DNA from: an uncultured delta proteobacterium | GTDB taxonomy: Bacteria; Myxococcota_A; Polyangia; Fen-1088 | Assembly (NCBI GenBank): GCA_963755125.1 | Contig: CAVWIP010000015.1 | Location: 128,001 to 192,000 of the forward strand | Direction of reading: 5' to 3' | DNA: 64,000 bases | Shown here: positions 10,060 through 19,829 of the stretch, one piece after another | How positions within the stretch are numbered: position 1 is the stretch's first letter | Layout of the letters: the number at the start of each line of letters is the position of its first letter | Made by a program: the position numbers and the translations under genes | The notes under the pieces: generated by a model | Seen by the model: only the letters and a program-made list of their open reading frames with translations | Databases searched by the model: none | What the model was told of the DNA's origin: nothing

Positions 10060-12006
10060 ATGACGAGAGTCCAAGCCAAACCCGGTACGGGGATTATCCT
10101 CGCACTTCTCCTCGGGCTTGGCGGCTGCGCCGCGACGGTCAAGCAAGGCTTGCCCGTCATGCCCCCGGATGGCTGGGTGATCGCGTCCCCGGGCGGGTTG
10201 GTGGAGGTTCAAGTTCGATACTTCTCCCTGGGCGGGACGGCCAACTATCCCGCGCAGCCCCGTCTGTACTATCGCGCGGGATTTGGAGGTGGCGACGCTC
10301 GCGTCGAGATGCTGCGCTGGTCACCGCTCGGCATCACCCGCAAGGACGCGGACTTCACCGACGACCTCGTCTACCTGGGCGAAAGCCAGCGTCGCGTGAC
10401 GGACGACTACACGCTGCCGCGTGGGAAGCGCAGCCACTTCAGCAACACCGGCGTTGAGCACGTGCTCTCGTTTGAAACGCCCCAGAAGGCGCGCATGGAT
10501 CTCGTCGTGCGCGCCTACGACGACGGGTTTGCTTTTCGCTATCATTTTCCCGAAACCGATTCAGGACAGTTTACGGTTACCGGCGAGGCCACCGGTTTTC
10601 GTTTCCTCCCTGGCGCGCGCGCGACCCTGCTGCCCCAGTTTGACCCCGGCGCGAGCCAAGGAGAAGGCGGCCCGGCCGAGTGGGTGGGTGATGTGCCAGC
10701 GGGCAGGGCGGCGCCCGCAGGGGCGAGCTGGGCGTTGCCCGCCCTGTTTGCTTCGGCGGATGGGTCGCACTGGGCCTTGCTGGCCGAGGCCGGACTGGCC
10801 GCCGGCCACGCGGCTCTTGGGTTGGCCGCCAAGTCAGACAACGAGATCTATCGCGTCCGCTTCCCCCATCCCGACGAGGAAGCGGGGCGCGGAGACGTGC
10901 AGCCGAGATCCGCCTTGCCCTGGTCCACGCCCTGGCGGGTCGCGATCATGTCGGATCGGCTGGGCGGCATCGTGGAATCGAGTCTGGTGACCGACCTCGG
11001 CACACCGGCGCCGGTGGGCGCGGGAGATTGGGTCAGGCCGGACAACCTGCTCCGGCGCGTGGCCGCCGGCGGGATCGATCAGGCCAGCCTCGCTCAGGGT
11101 TCGGGCCTGGCGGAGGACACGGCGTCCATGGGCTGGGGCTATGCGCTGCTTTCTGCCGAATGGCCAAGCGGAGGCGGGGGCGCGTGGCACAAGCTCGTGC
11201 GCACTGCCGCCAGCAAGAAGGTCGGACTGCTCATCGGGCCTCGCGACGCGGCCGGGCTGCCACTCGCCGAGTTCGCGGCCGCCGGCCTGAAGGGTGTACG
11301 GGTCTCGGTTTCGCCCAGTGGCAAGCCCCACGTGGTGGGATCCCTGCTTGCGCTGTTGGAAGAGACAGGCAAGCGCCACTTGTTGGTGGAGTTAGAGGGA
11401 CGCATTCCCGGCGCAGGGTGGGATCGCACCTATCCTCACCTTCTGTCAGCCAGCATTCGGGGCAGCGACGCGCCCGAGCGCGACGGCGCCCGGCAGGCGC
11501 GACAGAACACCATCGAGCCGTTCACCCGCAATGTGGTGGGCCCCATGGAATCCATGCCCATCGCATTTCACAGCCCGGCGCACTCGTCCCGTTTGACCTG
11601 GGGTCATGGGCTGGGGATGACGGTAGTTCTCGAATCTGGCCTGCGCGGTTTTGCCGATAGCGACGGCGTGATTCCCAAAGAGGCATTGGACGTGCTGTCC
11701 ACCCTGCCCAGCGCCTGGGACGAAACCCGGTTCCTCGACGGCGATCCTGGCCACACCGTCATCATCGCCCGGCGCAAGGGCCGTACCTGGTACATAGGCG
11801 GGCTGAACGGCGACGCAACTGCCAAGATACGTTCTGTCCCGCTGGAGCTTCTTGGCACCGGCATCTTCAACATGACGCTCCTGGCGGATGGCCCCACCCC
11901 GACCGAACTGCTGATCACGAAACGGCAACGCAACGCCACCGACGTGCAGGCCGTCAAGCTGGCGCCCTTCGGGGGGTTCGTCGTGCGCCTGGTTCCCCAG
12001 CACTAG
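10060..12006 (+). CDS. glycoside hydrolase family 97-like lipoprotein (catalytic residues appear degenerate)
   Basis: LGGC lipobox; VRAYDDGFAFRY, STPWRV, RTYP, PFTRNVVGPM, WDETRFLDG, ARRKGRTWYIGG, GGFVV. Confidence 0.88.
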   Translation: MTRVQAKPGTGIILALLLGLGGCAATVKQGLPVMPPDGWVIASPGGLVEVQVRYFSLGGTANYPAQPRLYYRAGFGGGDARVEMLRWSPLGITRKDADFTDDLVYLGESQRRVTDDYTLPRGKRSHFSNTGVEHVLSFETPQKARMDLVVRAYDDGFAFRYHFPETDSGQFTVTGEATGFRFLPGARATLLPQFDPGASQGEGGPAEWVGDVPAGRAAPAGASWALPALFASADGSHWALLAEAGLAAGHAALGLAAKSDNEIYRVRFPHPDEEAGRGDVQPRSALPWSTPWRVAIMSDRLGGIVESSLVTDLGTPAPVGAGDWVRPDNLLRRVAAGGIDQASLAQGSGLAEDTASMGWGYALLSAEWPSGGGGAWHKLVRTAASKKVGLLIGPRDAAGLPLAEFAAAGLKGVRVSVSPSGKPHVVGSLLALLEETGKRHLLVELEGRIPGAGWDRTYPHLLSASIRGSDAPERDGARQARQNTIEPFTRNVVGPMESMPIAFHSPAHSSRLTWGHGLGMTVVLESGLRGFADSDGVIPKEALDVLSTLPSAWDETRFLDGDPGHTVIIARRKGRTWYIGGLNGDATAKIRSVPLELLGTGIFNMTLLADGPTPTELLITKRQRNATDVQAVKLAPFGGFVVRLVPQH

Positions 12007-13053
12007 CTACACCACCGTCCAGGGGCGCGGCAGAAAGCACTCCTGGTAGGTACGCAGGGCGTAGCGGTCGGTCATCCCCGTCAGAAAATCGGCGACCGCG
12101 CGCGAGAGATCCTCGGTGTCGGGAATGCCCTTGGGCCAGTGGCGCGCATGGAACTCGTCGGCGTGGAGATGGAAGTGGGCCCACATCTCGCTTATCACCC
12201 GCTCCGCGCGCTCGAACTCCTGGCGGATGTCGGCGCGCTCGTACACGCGCTCGAAAAGTACATCCCGCAAGGCGACCAGGGCGTGCATCACCTTGGGGCT
12301 CAGGCGAATTTGACGTTTTTCCTTCAGGGCTGAGGACTCGACCGCGTCGGTGACCAGCCGGCCGATGCGCTGGCTGTGCGAGGGACCCAACACCCCCACG
12401 ACCTCGGCGGGCAAGTCGTGCTCCGATAGGATGCGCCCGCGAATGGCGTCGTCGAGGTCGTGGTTCACGTAGGCGGCGATGTCCGCGATGCGCGCGATCT
12501 GCCCCTCCAGGGTCAGAGCGCAGAGTTCGGGGTTGTCCGAGATGATCTCGCCCTTTCCCTTGGAGTGCTTGAGGATGCCGTCGCGCACTTCGACGCTCAG
12601 ATTCAGGCCCATCCCGTCGTGCTCCAGCACCTCCACCACGCGCACCGACTGGCGGCCATGATGAAACCCACCGGGGACCAATTTGGCTAGGGCCCGCTCG
12701 CCAGCGTGGCCAAAAGGCGTGTGCCCCAGATCGTGGCCCATGGCAATGGCCTCGGTCAGCGATTCGTTGAGGCGCAAAGCGCGCGCGATGGTGCGCGCAA
12801 TCTGCGACACCTCGAGGGTATGGGTCAGGCGGGTGCGGTAGTGATCGCCCGCGGGCGCTAGGAAAACCTGTGTCTTTCCGGCTAGCCGTCTGAACGCCTT
12901 CGAGTGCAGAATGCGGTCGCGGTCGTGCTGGAAGATGGGCCGCGTGTCGTCGGCCGGTTCCTGTCGATCGCGGCCACGCGACAGGAGGCTCTTCTGCGCG
13001 AAGGGCGATAGAACCTTGTCCTCGTCGGCTTCCAGTTGTTCGCGGATCGTCAT
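12007..13053 (-). CDS. dgt: deoxyguanosinetriphosphate triphosphohydrolase (HD domain)
   Basis: FQHDRDRILHSKAFRRL..KTQVF, RTRLTHTLEV, HDLGHTPFGHAGE, DFLTGMTDRYA. Confidence 0.95.
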   Translation of the reverse strand: MTIREQLEADEDKVLSPFAQKSLLSRGRDRQEPADDTRPIFQHDRDRILHSKAFRRLAGKTQVFLAPAGDHYRTRLTHTLEVSQIARTIARALRLNESLTEAIAMGHDLGHTPFGHAGERALAKLVPGGFHHGRQSVRVVEVLEHDGMGLNLSVEVRDGILKHSKGKGEIISDNPELCALTLEGQIARIADIAAYVNHDLDDAIRGRILSEHDLPAEVVGVLGPSHSQRIGRLVTDAVESSALKEKRQIRLSPKVMHALVALRDVLFERVYERADIRQEFERAERVISEMWAHFHLHADEFHARHWPKGIPDTEDLSRAVADFLTGMTDRYALRTYQECFLPRPWTVV

Positions 13054-13177
13054 ATCCCCTCGTGCCCCTGTTTCGCTGACGTTTCCATGCAGTTACTTCG
13101 GGGAAAGTTACCAGTTTCTCGGCCGCAAGCGGTTGGTGTCCCCAGCGCTAAATCACGCATGCCTCACGGGAAGAGTC

Positions 13178-13206
13178 TTGCCGCAATTTCGTTACGCTCC
13201 TACCTT
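13178..13206 (+). promoter_or_regulatory. putative sigma70 promoter of amtB
   Basis: TTGCCG(13178-83)-N17-TACCTT(13201-06). Confidence 0.45.
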
Positions 13207-13228
13207 GCCATGTGAAAGGAAGACTTCC

Positions 13229-14701
13229 ATGAAATCAAGTCGCACTGGACGTGACTGGCTCCTCCCCGTCGTCGTGGCGTTGGCCGTGAGCACCCTGTCG
13301 CCATCGCGGGCGCGAGCCGAAGAGCAGGGTGCGGTCCCGGCCGCAGCCCCGGCCGCAGCCAGCGGTCCCGACCTCGCCACCCGCGTCGCCGATCTGGAAG
13401 CCTACCTGAACAACACCGCGCCCAAGGCGCTCAGCGTGGCGGGCCCCGGCCACAATGCCTGGATGATGACCTCCGCCGCGCTGGTGCTCTTCATGACCTT
13501 GCCGGGGCTGGCCCTGTTCTACGGCGGCCTGGTCCGGCGCAAGAACGTGCTGTCGGTGCTGGCGCAGTGCCTGGGAACCGCTGGCGTCGTCACCATCTTG
13601 TGGTGGGCGTTCGGTTACAGCCTGGCCTTTGGCAGCGGGTCGCCCATCCTGGGGTCGCTCAAGTTCGCCTTTCTGAAGGGCGTGGGAAACACGCCCAACC
13701 CGGACTACGGGGCGTGGGTTTCGCACAACGTGTTTTCCATGTACCAGATGATGTTTGCCATCATCACGCCCGCGCTCATCGTGGGCGCCATCGCCGAGCG
13801 CATGAAGTACTCGGCCATCATGGCTTTCATCGTGGGCTGGATGCTGCTGGTGTATTTCCCGCTGGCTCACATGGTGTGGGGCAGCGACGGTTTCATGAAT
13901 GGCCTGGGCAACGCCAAGGCAGGCATCAGGGCCATCGATTTTGCCGGCGGCACCGTTGTGCACATGTCATCGGGCTGGTCGGCCCTCTTGCTGGCCATCA
14001 TCCTCGGCCGCCGCAAGGGCTGGGGCCACCGGCCCTTCATGCCTCACAGCATGGTGCTGACCATGGTGGGCACCGGGATGCTGTGGGTGGGCTGGTACGG
14101 CTTCAATGCAGGCAGCGCGGTCGCGGCCGACGGGATCGCGGCCAACGCCTTCACCGCGACCACCTTGGCGACGGCGGTGGCCTGCGCGGTGTGGCCGGCC
14201 ATTGAGTGGATCACGCGCGGCAAGCCCACCATACTCGGTTTCTGTTCGGGCGCAGTCGCGGGCCTGGTTGTCATCACGCCCGCCGCCGGCTTCGTCACCT
14301 CCACCGGCGCCGTGCTCATCGGCCTGCTGGCCGGAAGCATTCCCTACCTGGCCTGCACCAAGCTGAAAGCCTGGCTCAAGTACGACGACGCGCTCGACAC
14401 CTTCGGCGTCCACGGGGTGGGAGGAACCATGGGCGCGCTGCTGACCGGCTTTTTGGCCACGCCCGAGGCCAACCCGAACCTCAACGCCAACCTGGCGCAG
14501 ATCGTGGGAAAGACGCTGTGGCTGGAGCAACTCAAGGCCATGGGCCTGACCATCGTGCTCGCCCTGAGCGGCACGCTCGTCCTCGCCTATCTGGTGAAGG
14601 CCGTGATCGGCCTGCGGCCGGCTCCTGATTCGGAAGAGATGGGCCTCGACGATGCGGACCATGGCGAAGCTGGCTATCACTTCGACGAAGCCGGCGGATA
14701 G
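13229..14701 (+). CDS. amtB: ammonium transporter
   Basis: LVLFMTLPGLALFYGG, QMMFAIITPALI.GA.AER, DFAGGTVVH, GWYGFNAGS, DDALDTFGVHG; N-terminal signal peptide. Confidence 0.97.
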   Translation: MKSSRTGRDWLLPVVVALAVSTLSPSRARAEEQGAVPAAAPAAASGPDLATRVADLEAYLNNTAPKALSVAGPGHNAWMMTSAALVLFMTLPGLALFYGGLVRRKNVLSVLAQCLGTAGVVTILWWAFGYSLAFGSGSPILGSLKFAFLKGVGNTPNPDYGAWVSHNVFSMYQMMFAIITPALIVGAIAERMKYSAIMAFIVGWMLLVYFPLAHMVWGSDGFMNGLGNAKAGIRAIDFAGGTVVHMSSGWSALLLAIILGRRKGWGHRPFMPHSMVLTMVGTGMLWVGWYGFNAGSAVAADGIAANAFTATTLATAVACAVWPAIEWITRGKPTILGFCSGAVAGLVVITPAAGFVTSTGAVLIGLLAGSIPYLACTKLKAWLKYDDALDTFGVHGVGGTMGALLTGFLATPEANPNLNANLAQIVGKTLWLEQLKAMGLTIVLALSGTLVLAYLVKAVIGLRPAPDSEEMGLDDADHGEAGYHFDEAGG

Positions 14702-14717
14702 CGGTATCACATAGGGC

Positions 14718-15599
14718 GTGTTCGAGCCCAGTCCGACGGATAGTCTCTCGCCTCGCGGCGGAATCTTGCGTGCTGCGCGCCGGCCCGCCGGGTGGGTCGC
14801 GGCCGGGCCACCGCCCGAGACGCCCGAGGATCCCGGGGATCTGTGGCCGGGCCCGGGCGAGGATCTGTGCTGGCTGGCGGGAAACTGGCGCATCTTGCAG
14901 CGGCTCGATGGCCATCGCACTTCGCTCGACGATCTGGTGACGGCACACATGGCCGCGTCGCTGCTCGCCAACCCGGCGTCCGCGCGCTGGCTCGATCTGG
15001 GGACAGGCATCGGCAGTGTCGCCTTGTTCCTGGCCTGGCGCTTTCCGCAGGCGCGCGGGCTGGGCGTGGAGGTGCAGGAGATCTCCGCAGCGATGGCGCG
15101 GCGGAGCCTTGCCTGGAACGGTGCCGCTGGTCGGGTGGAAATCCGTGACGGCGATTTCCGCGATCCGGCGTCGCTGGCAGGGCAGGGGTCCTTTGATCTG
15201 GTGACCGGCACGCCACCGTACTTTCCCGTCGGGACTGGCCCGCAGTCCGATCGGGAGCAGCGCGCCCCGTGCCGCTTCGAGCATCACGGTGGTGTGGAGG
15301 CGTACTGTGAGGCGGCCGCCCGCGTGCTGGCGCCCGCCGCGCCCTTGGTCGCGTGTGAGGCGTGGATCCAGCGCGAGCGTGTCGAACCCGCAGGGCGCGC
15401 GGCTGGCCTGGCGCTTAGCCACTGGCGCGAGGTGATCCCGCGCGAAGGCAAGGCCCCGCTCTTCGTCGTCTTTGCCATGACCGCGGCCCCAGGGGTTGGA
15501 CCCCTGGTCAACCAGCCGCCGCTGGTTGTGCGCGACCGCGAAGGCCGGCGCACGCCCGAGTTCGTGGCCGTGCGCCAAACCATGGGCATGCCGGCGTAG
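14718..15599 (+). CDS. SAM-dependent methyltransferase, tRNA1(Val) m6A37-like
   Basis: LDLGTGIGSV, FDLVTGTPPYF, CRFE. Confidence 0.8.
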   Translation: MFEPSPTDSLSPRGGILRAARRPAGWVAAGPPPETPEDPGDLWPGPGEDLCWLAGNWRILQRLDGHRTSLDDLVTAHMAASLLANPASARWLDLGTGIGSVALFLAWRFPQARGLGVEVQEISAAMARRSLAWNGAAGRVEIRDGDFRDPASLAGQGSFDLVTGTPPYFPVGTGPQSDREQRAPCRFEHHGGVEAYCEAAARVLAPAAPLVACEAWIQRERVEPAGRAAGLALSHWREVIPREGKAPLFVVFAMTAAPGVGPLVNQPPLVVRDREGRRTPEFVAVRQTMGMPA

Positions 15600-15604
15600 C
15601 AGGG

Positions 15605-17515
15605 CTACCGCCGCACGAAGATGTCTGGCTTGGGAGGCATCGTCATGCCGTTGCCGATGTGAAAACCCGGGTGAGGAGGCTGATTGAAACCAGTCTGCTC
15701 GGAAGACACCTGCATGCGGTACTGAGGATCGTGCATCAGAGTGTAGATTCGGCGCGTGGTCACATCCGTGGTTGTGTACAGACGCAAGGCCGAGTTGTCC
15801 GCCTCGCGCCAGACGATCTCCTCACGCCAGTCGCCCAGCAGGTCCGCGGTCAAGGTGGGGGTCCGGTTGGAGTTGTCCGGCGCGCACTGGGCACAGCTCA
15901 GCAGTGTGCCAGCGCCGTACTTGGTGATCGACGTGCCATCTTCCAGTTCACGCGATTCGTCCGCGTCCCAGTAGATGAGGAAGTTGGTCGAAGTCGGCTT
16001 GGCGCCAAGGGCATGGCCGTCGGTCGCCGAAAAGAGATCCGGGCTCGCGTCGCTCCACATCTCCGCGCCTGGATTGCCCGGCCAGATGTCATCGGCCACG
16101 CCAGCACGGTTGTCGATACCAGTGCGCGGACCCTTCACGATCAGTTCGCAAGCGAATGCATCGTGCACATCGTAGGCAGCCGCGGCCCCGGCCCCGTGGA
16201 CCATGAAGACTTGCGTGCCTATGTCGTTGATCTGAAGCGATGGAGCCAGTACGCCCACGTGGAGCGTGTCGCCGTGGCCAAAGCCGGTCGAACACAGCCG
16301 TGTTCCGTTGCTGGCGATGGTCGACGAACCGTATACGATCTCCTGGGCCCCGTCGCCATCCGCGTCCGTCACCATCATGCTGTCGGCGCCCTGACCTGCG
16401 TACGCGGTGCCCTGATCGCTATCCGCCATCCACATCAGCGTGAGAGCGCCGTCCCGCCAATTCCAGGCGCCAAGGACGTTGCGCGTGTACACCCCGCGCG
16501 TCATGATGATGCTCGGGCGACCGCTGGCGGTTCCATCGGGCTGATCGGCGACAAACGCCGCTGTGGAAAGGAAGATGTCCACGCGATTGCCGTAGTCGTC
16601 GCCCCAAGCAGCGACCACTCCCCTCGCAGGCTGAAAGTCGACCGTTGCCAGCTCGGCGCCCGTGTCCCCTTCAAACACGGTCAGGTATTCGGGCCCGGTG
16701 AGGATGTAGCCGGATGAATTGCGGTAGTCAGCGCTGTCGTCGTCGGTTGCTGCCGGTCCTGTCTGCAGGTAGCTTCCGGTTCCGTCGAGCGTGCCGGGCG
16801 CGGTCTTGACCACCACTTCGGCTTTCCCGTCACCGTCGAAGTCATAGACCAGGTGCTGGGTGTAGTGTTCACCTGCCCGGATGTTGGGGCCCAGATCGAT
16901 ACGCCAGAGAAACTGCCCATCCAGCGTGTAGGCATCCAGAAGCACGTCGCCGGTACAACCGGGCACTGCATTGTCTTTGGCGTTTGACGGATCCCATTTG
17001 AGGACGATCTCGTAGCGTCCGTCTCCGTCGAGATCCCCGACGGAGCCGTCGCCGGCGTTGTAGGTGTAGCGTTCGTTGGGGGTTGGGCAGGTCGCCGGGG
17101 TTACGCCCGGCGGGGGAACCTGCAGGGGAATCCGCAGGTAGTCTTGCGGCCACGCGGTCACCTTGGGGGACAGCTCCTGCGTCTCTCCGTCGATGACCGC
17201 AGCCACCTGATATTCAACGTCGGCGCTGCCCATGGGGTCCAGGAAGTTCGTGCTGTCGGGCACGGTCGCCAGCAGCGCGCTGTCCCGGTAGACAGCGTAG
17301 GCAACCCGCGCGGGATCCGTGTCGTCGTATTCGTAGCCGAACATGCGCCAGCCCAGGTAAACCCCATTGGGCACGCTGACCGCGACCAGTCCACGGTCCA
17401 GGTACTCCATGTGATAGTGCTCGCCCAGGGCGGGCGCCAACGGCGTGATGACGACCAGATCTCGGGAGTCGCACCCGAGACAAAGGCCCAGCAGAATGAC
17501 AGCCGCGCGCTTCAC
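15605..17515 (-). CDS. rhamnogalacturonan lyase (PL11, YesW/YesX-like) lipoprotein
   Basis: MEYLDRGLVAV, GDLDGDGRYEIVLKWDPSNAKDN, IDLGPNIRAG.HY, IYTLMHDPQYR, NQPPHPGF; GTG start overlaps the upstream TAG; LGC lipobox. Confidence 0.93.
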   Translation of the reverse strand: MKRAAVILLGLCLGCDSRDLVVITPLAPALGEHYHMEYLDRGLVAVSVPNGVYLGWRMFGYEYDDTDPARVAYAVYRDSALLATVPDSTNFLDPMGSADVEYQVAAVIDGETQELSPKVTAWPQDYLRIPLQVPPPGVTPATCPTPNERYTYNAGDGSVGDLDGDGRYEIVLKWDPSNAKDNAVPGCTGDVLLDAYTLDGQFLWRIDLGPNIRAGEHYTQHLVYDFDGDGKAEVVVKTAPGTLDGTGSYLQTGPAATDDDSADYRNSSGYILTGPEYLTVFEGDTGAELATVDFQPARGVVAAWGDDYGNRVDIFLSTAAFVADQPDGTASGRPSIIMTRGVYTRNVLGAWNWRDGALTLMWMADSDQGTAYAGQGADSMMVTDADGDGAQEIVYGSSTIASNGTRLCSTGFGHGDTLHVGVLAPSLQINDIGTQVFMVHGAGAAAAYDVHDAFACELIVKGPRTGIDNRAGVADDIWPGNPGAEMWSDASPDLFSATDGHALGAKPTSTNFLIYWDADESRELEDGTSITKYGAGTLLSCAQCAPDNSNRTPTLTADLLGDWREEIVWREADNSALRLYTTTDVTTRRIYTLMHDPQYRMQVSSEQTGFNQPPHPGFHIGNGMTMPPKPDIFVRR

Positions 17516-18555
17516 TAGAATCGCGCTCCCACGACTGCGGAGCCCATCCACGAAGGTTGGCCCGTGCTCGCGACAAAAGTCCGCAGGCTATAGACGCGTG
17601 GCTCCGGTGTGAGCCACAAGGTGCCCGCAGTGACGTCAACAAACCAGTGGCGGGCAAGGGAAGCCATGACGCCCACCGAGGCCCGTCCGCCCAGCGACCA
17701 GGCAGTGAGGTTTTGTCCCTGAAAGCCGGTCTTGGCGATTCCTTCGGCTACCATCTGATACGCGCCCGCGCCGGCTTCGGCATGGGGGAGAAGTCGCCAC
17801 CAATGCCAGCGCGTGAAGGTAACACCAAACCCGAGGAAGCGCTGATCGACGCGCACGGTTCCTTCCTGGGTCTGCAGCTGCGGGCGCGTTCCCAAGCCGA
17901 ATGCGCTGGCCGTGACGCGAAACCAGGAGTACAGCTGATACCCACCCTCGAGATAGGGCAGCAGCGACGGCGAAAAGCCCGAAGCGGTGGCGAGAATCGC
18001 CAGACCGCCGGCCAAGAAAGTGCGATCTCGTATGGCGGGCGTTGGTGCGGATGGCGGAGGCGACGGTTTTACCGTCGCCAGTCTGGCCGCGAGGGTATCG
18101 AACATGCGGGCCCGGATGAAGTCGACGGCGCGCACCGCGATGACGACGTCCGCTCGATCCATGTCCTCGTCCGAGACGCGCAGGTGAGCCATCGAGGTCT
18201 TGCCGCTCGACCGATCGAGGAACCAGACGTCGAGTTGCCGGGAGCCGGACTCCGCGCTGGCCGCGTCGGAGGCATTGGCGAATACCACGACCGCGGCGGT
18301 TCGCGGTCCGGGCGCGAGAGTCGCGAGTTGCGCGTCGGGTGTGTTGAGAGTGTCCCCGCGGATGAAGCGCACCTCGAAGCCCACCGAAAGGGCTTCGCCG
18401 CGCAAGCGGTTGAGAGCCTCCTGCATAGCGCTGTTCTGTCCCTCGGGGATCGCCACGGCGATCACCGCAGGACCCGAATCCGCAGGCGTGCCTGTCCCGA
18501 CGTCGGCCGGGGGAGATGCAACGGCCAGAAGCAAAGAGGCAAGCTGCGCGGTCAC
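17515..18555 (-). CDS. hypothetical protein with C-terminal outer-membrane beta-barrel-like region
   Basis: Coupled to neighbours; alternating beta-strand pattern ending in terminal Phe (VVGARF). Confidence 0.65.
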   Translation of the reverse strand: MTAQLASLLLAVASPPADVGTGTPADSGPAVIAVAIPEGQNSAMQEALNRLRGEALSVGFEVRFIRGDTLNTPDAQLATLAPGPRTAAVVVFANASDAASAESGSRQLDVWFLDRSSGKTSMAHLRVSDEDMDRADVVIAVRAVDFIRARMFDTLAARLATVKPSPPPSAPTPAIRDRTFLAGGLAILATASGFSPSLLPYLEGGYQLYSWFRVTASAFGLGTRPQLQTQEGTVRVDQRFLGFGVTFTRWHWWRLLPHAEAGAGAYQMVAEGIAKTGFQGQNLTAWSLGGRASVGVMASLARHWFVDVTAGTLWLTPEPRVYSLRTFVASTGQPSWMGSAVVGARF

Positions 18556-19829
18556 TCAGCCGCTGAGTCTACAACGGAACGAGCGAGTTCGGCCTGATTC
18601 CCCTGGGGAAAGCGTTGCAGGTAGGTCCGGGCAGCCTTGCGCGCCCGTTCGCGGTCCAGGGGAACGAGCAAGGTCAGCTTTCGTCCGAGCGCCTCGGAGG
18701 CATAGGATCCCCGGCCGGCCTCGGCAAGGTAGGTGTCATACCAGGTCAAGGCGGCGTCGGATGACGCAGGCCCAACCTCGGAAAGACGGCCCAGGAAGAA
18801 CGCGGCATCCTTGGCGCGATCGCTTCCCGCGAACCGCGCACGCAGGGCCAGCAACACCTGGCGGGCTGTCTCGTACTTCCTGGTGTAGCGGGCCGCATCC
18901 GCCAGCGTAATGAGATCCAGCGCCGAGCCGCGTGCCAGGGTGACGTCCAGTCCGCGCCTTTCCGCATCTCGCACGACGGCGGAGAAGTCCCCCTTTGCGA
19001 TCAGGTCCGACCAGAGCACCGGATGGCTTGCCCCGTCGTGCAGTGCGAGCCGGGCCGCCCCGCCATGTGCGGGGTGCTTCGCCGCGGTCGGGGCGGCCTG
19101 CGGGCTTTCCGGTGGCGCGGCAACCGGCGGCGTCGTCGTCACCTGGGCAGGCGCGGCGACGGGCACCTCGCGCGGCGGGTTCGCGAACAGTTCCAGCGAT
19201 TCGCCCCCCCGCAGGGTCAAGACGCGATCCTCGCGTGGGCCACGCACGTCGACCACCCCGTTCTTCACGTGCAAGTCCAGGCGGCCCTTTGCCGCGTCGA
19301 AGCCAAGACGGAAAGCCGTGCCCTTCACCAAAACCGAAAAAGGACCGGCCTCGAAGCGCCAGGACGAATCCTTGCGGGGCTTGACGTACACGTCGATCTC
19401 GCCGTCGGCAATGGCCACCTGGGCGCCGTGCGCGTCGGTGCCCAGCAGCCTGATCTTGGCGGATGGTTCGATTCCCAGGCGGGACTCGTCCGAGAAGAGC
19501 ACGCGCGCGCTCGTGGCGGCGGTGATGGTTTCAGCCGGTCCCACGGTCGCTCCCTCGACAATGCAGTGCAGGGGCCTGTCCGACGGGGCGAGCGGCAGGC
19601 GATAGGCTGCAATAACCAGCACCACGGCAGCCACCCCGGCCAGCGCCCATCGGCCCCATGGAAACCGGGGACGCAGGGAAATCGCCGGCTCCAAATGCTG
19701 CCCCTGTGCGAGTCGGCTCGCCAGGCGCTGCCAGCCCTGCTCCAGCTCGGTCTCGGTCACCTGCCCCAGTCCCTGCCTGGCCACAGAGGCGACATACTCA
19801 ATGATCCTGGCTTCCCGCGTGTTTGTCAT
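18552..19829 (-). CDS. FecR-domain anti-sigma factor with C-terminal TPR-like region
   Basis: One TM helix, then FSDESR..., V.VKGTAF, V..G.V.V (FecR); C-terminal A..YLQRFPQG. Confidence 0.85.
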   Translation of the reverse strand: MTNTREARIIEYVASVARQGLGQVTETELEQGWQRLASRLAQGQHLEPAISLRPRFPWGRWALAGVAAVVLVIAAYRLPLAPSDRPLHCIVEGATVGPAETITAATSARVLFSDESRLGIEPSAKIRLLGTDAHGAQVAIADGEIDVYVKPRKDSSWRFEAGPFSVLVKGTAFRLGFDAAKGRLDLHVKNGVVDVRGPREDRVLTLRGGESLELFANPPREVPVAAPAQVTTTPPVAAPPESPQAAPTAAKHPAHGGAARLALHDGASHPVLWSDLIAKGDFSAVVRDAERRGLDVTLARGSALDLITLADAARYTRKYETARQVLLALRARFAGSDRAKDAAFFLGRLSEVGPASSDAALTWYDTYLAEAGRGSYASEALGRKLTLLVPLDRERARKAARTYLQRFPQGNQAELARSVVDSAAE

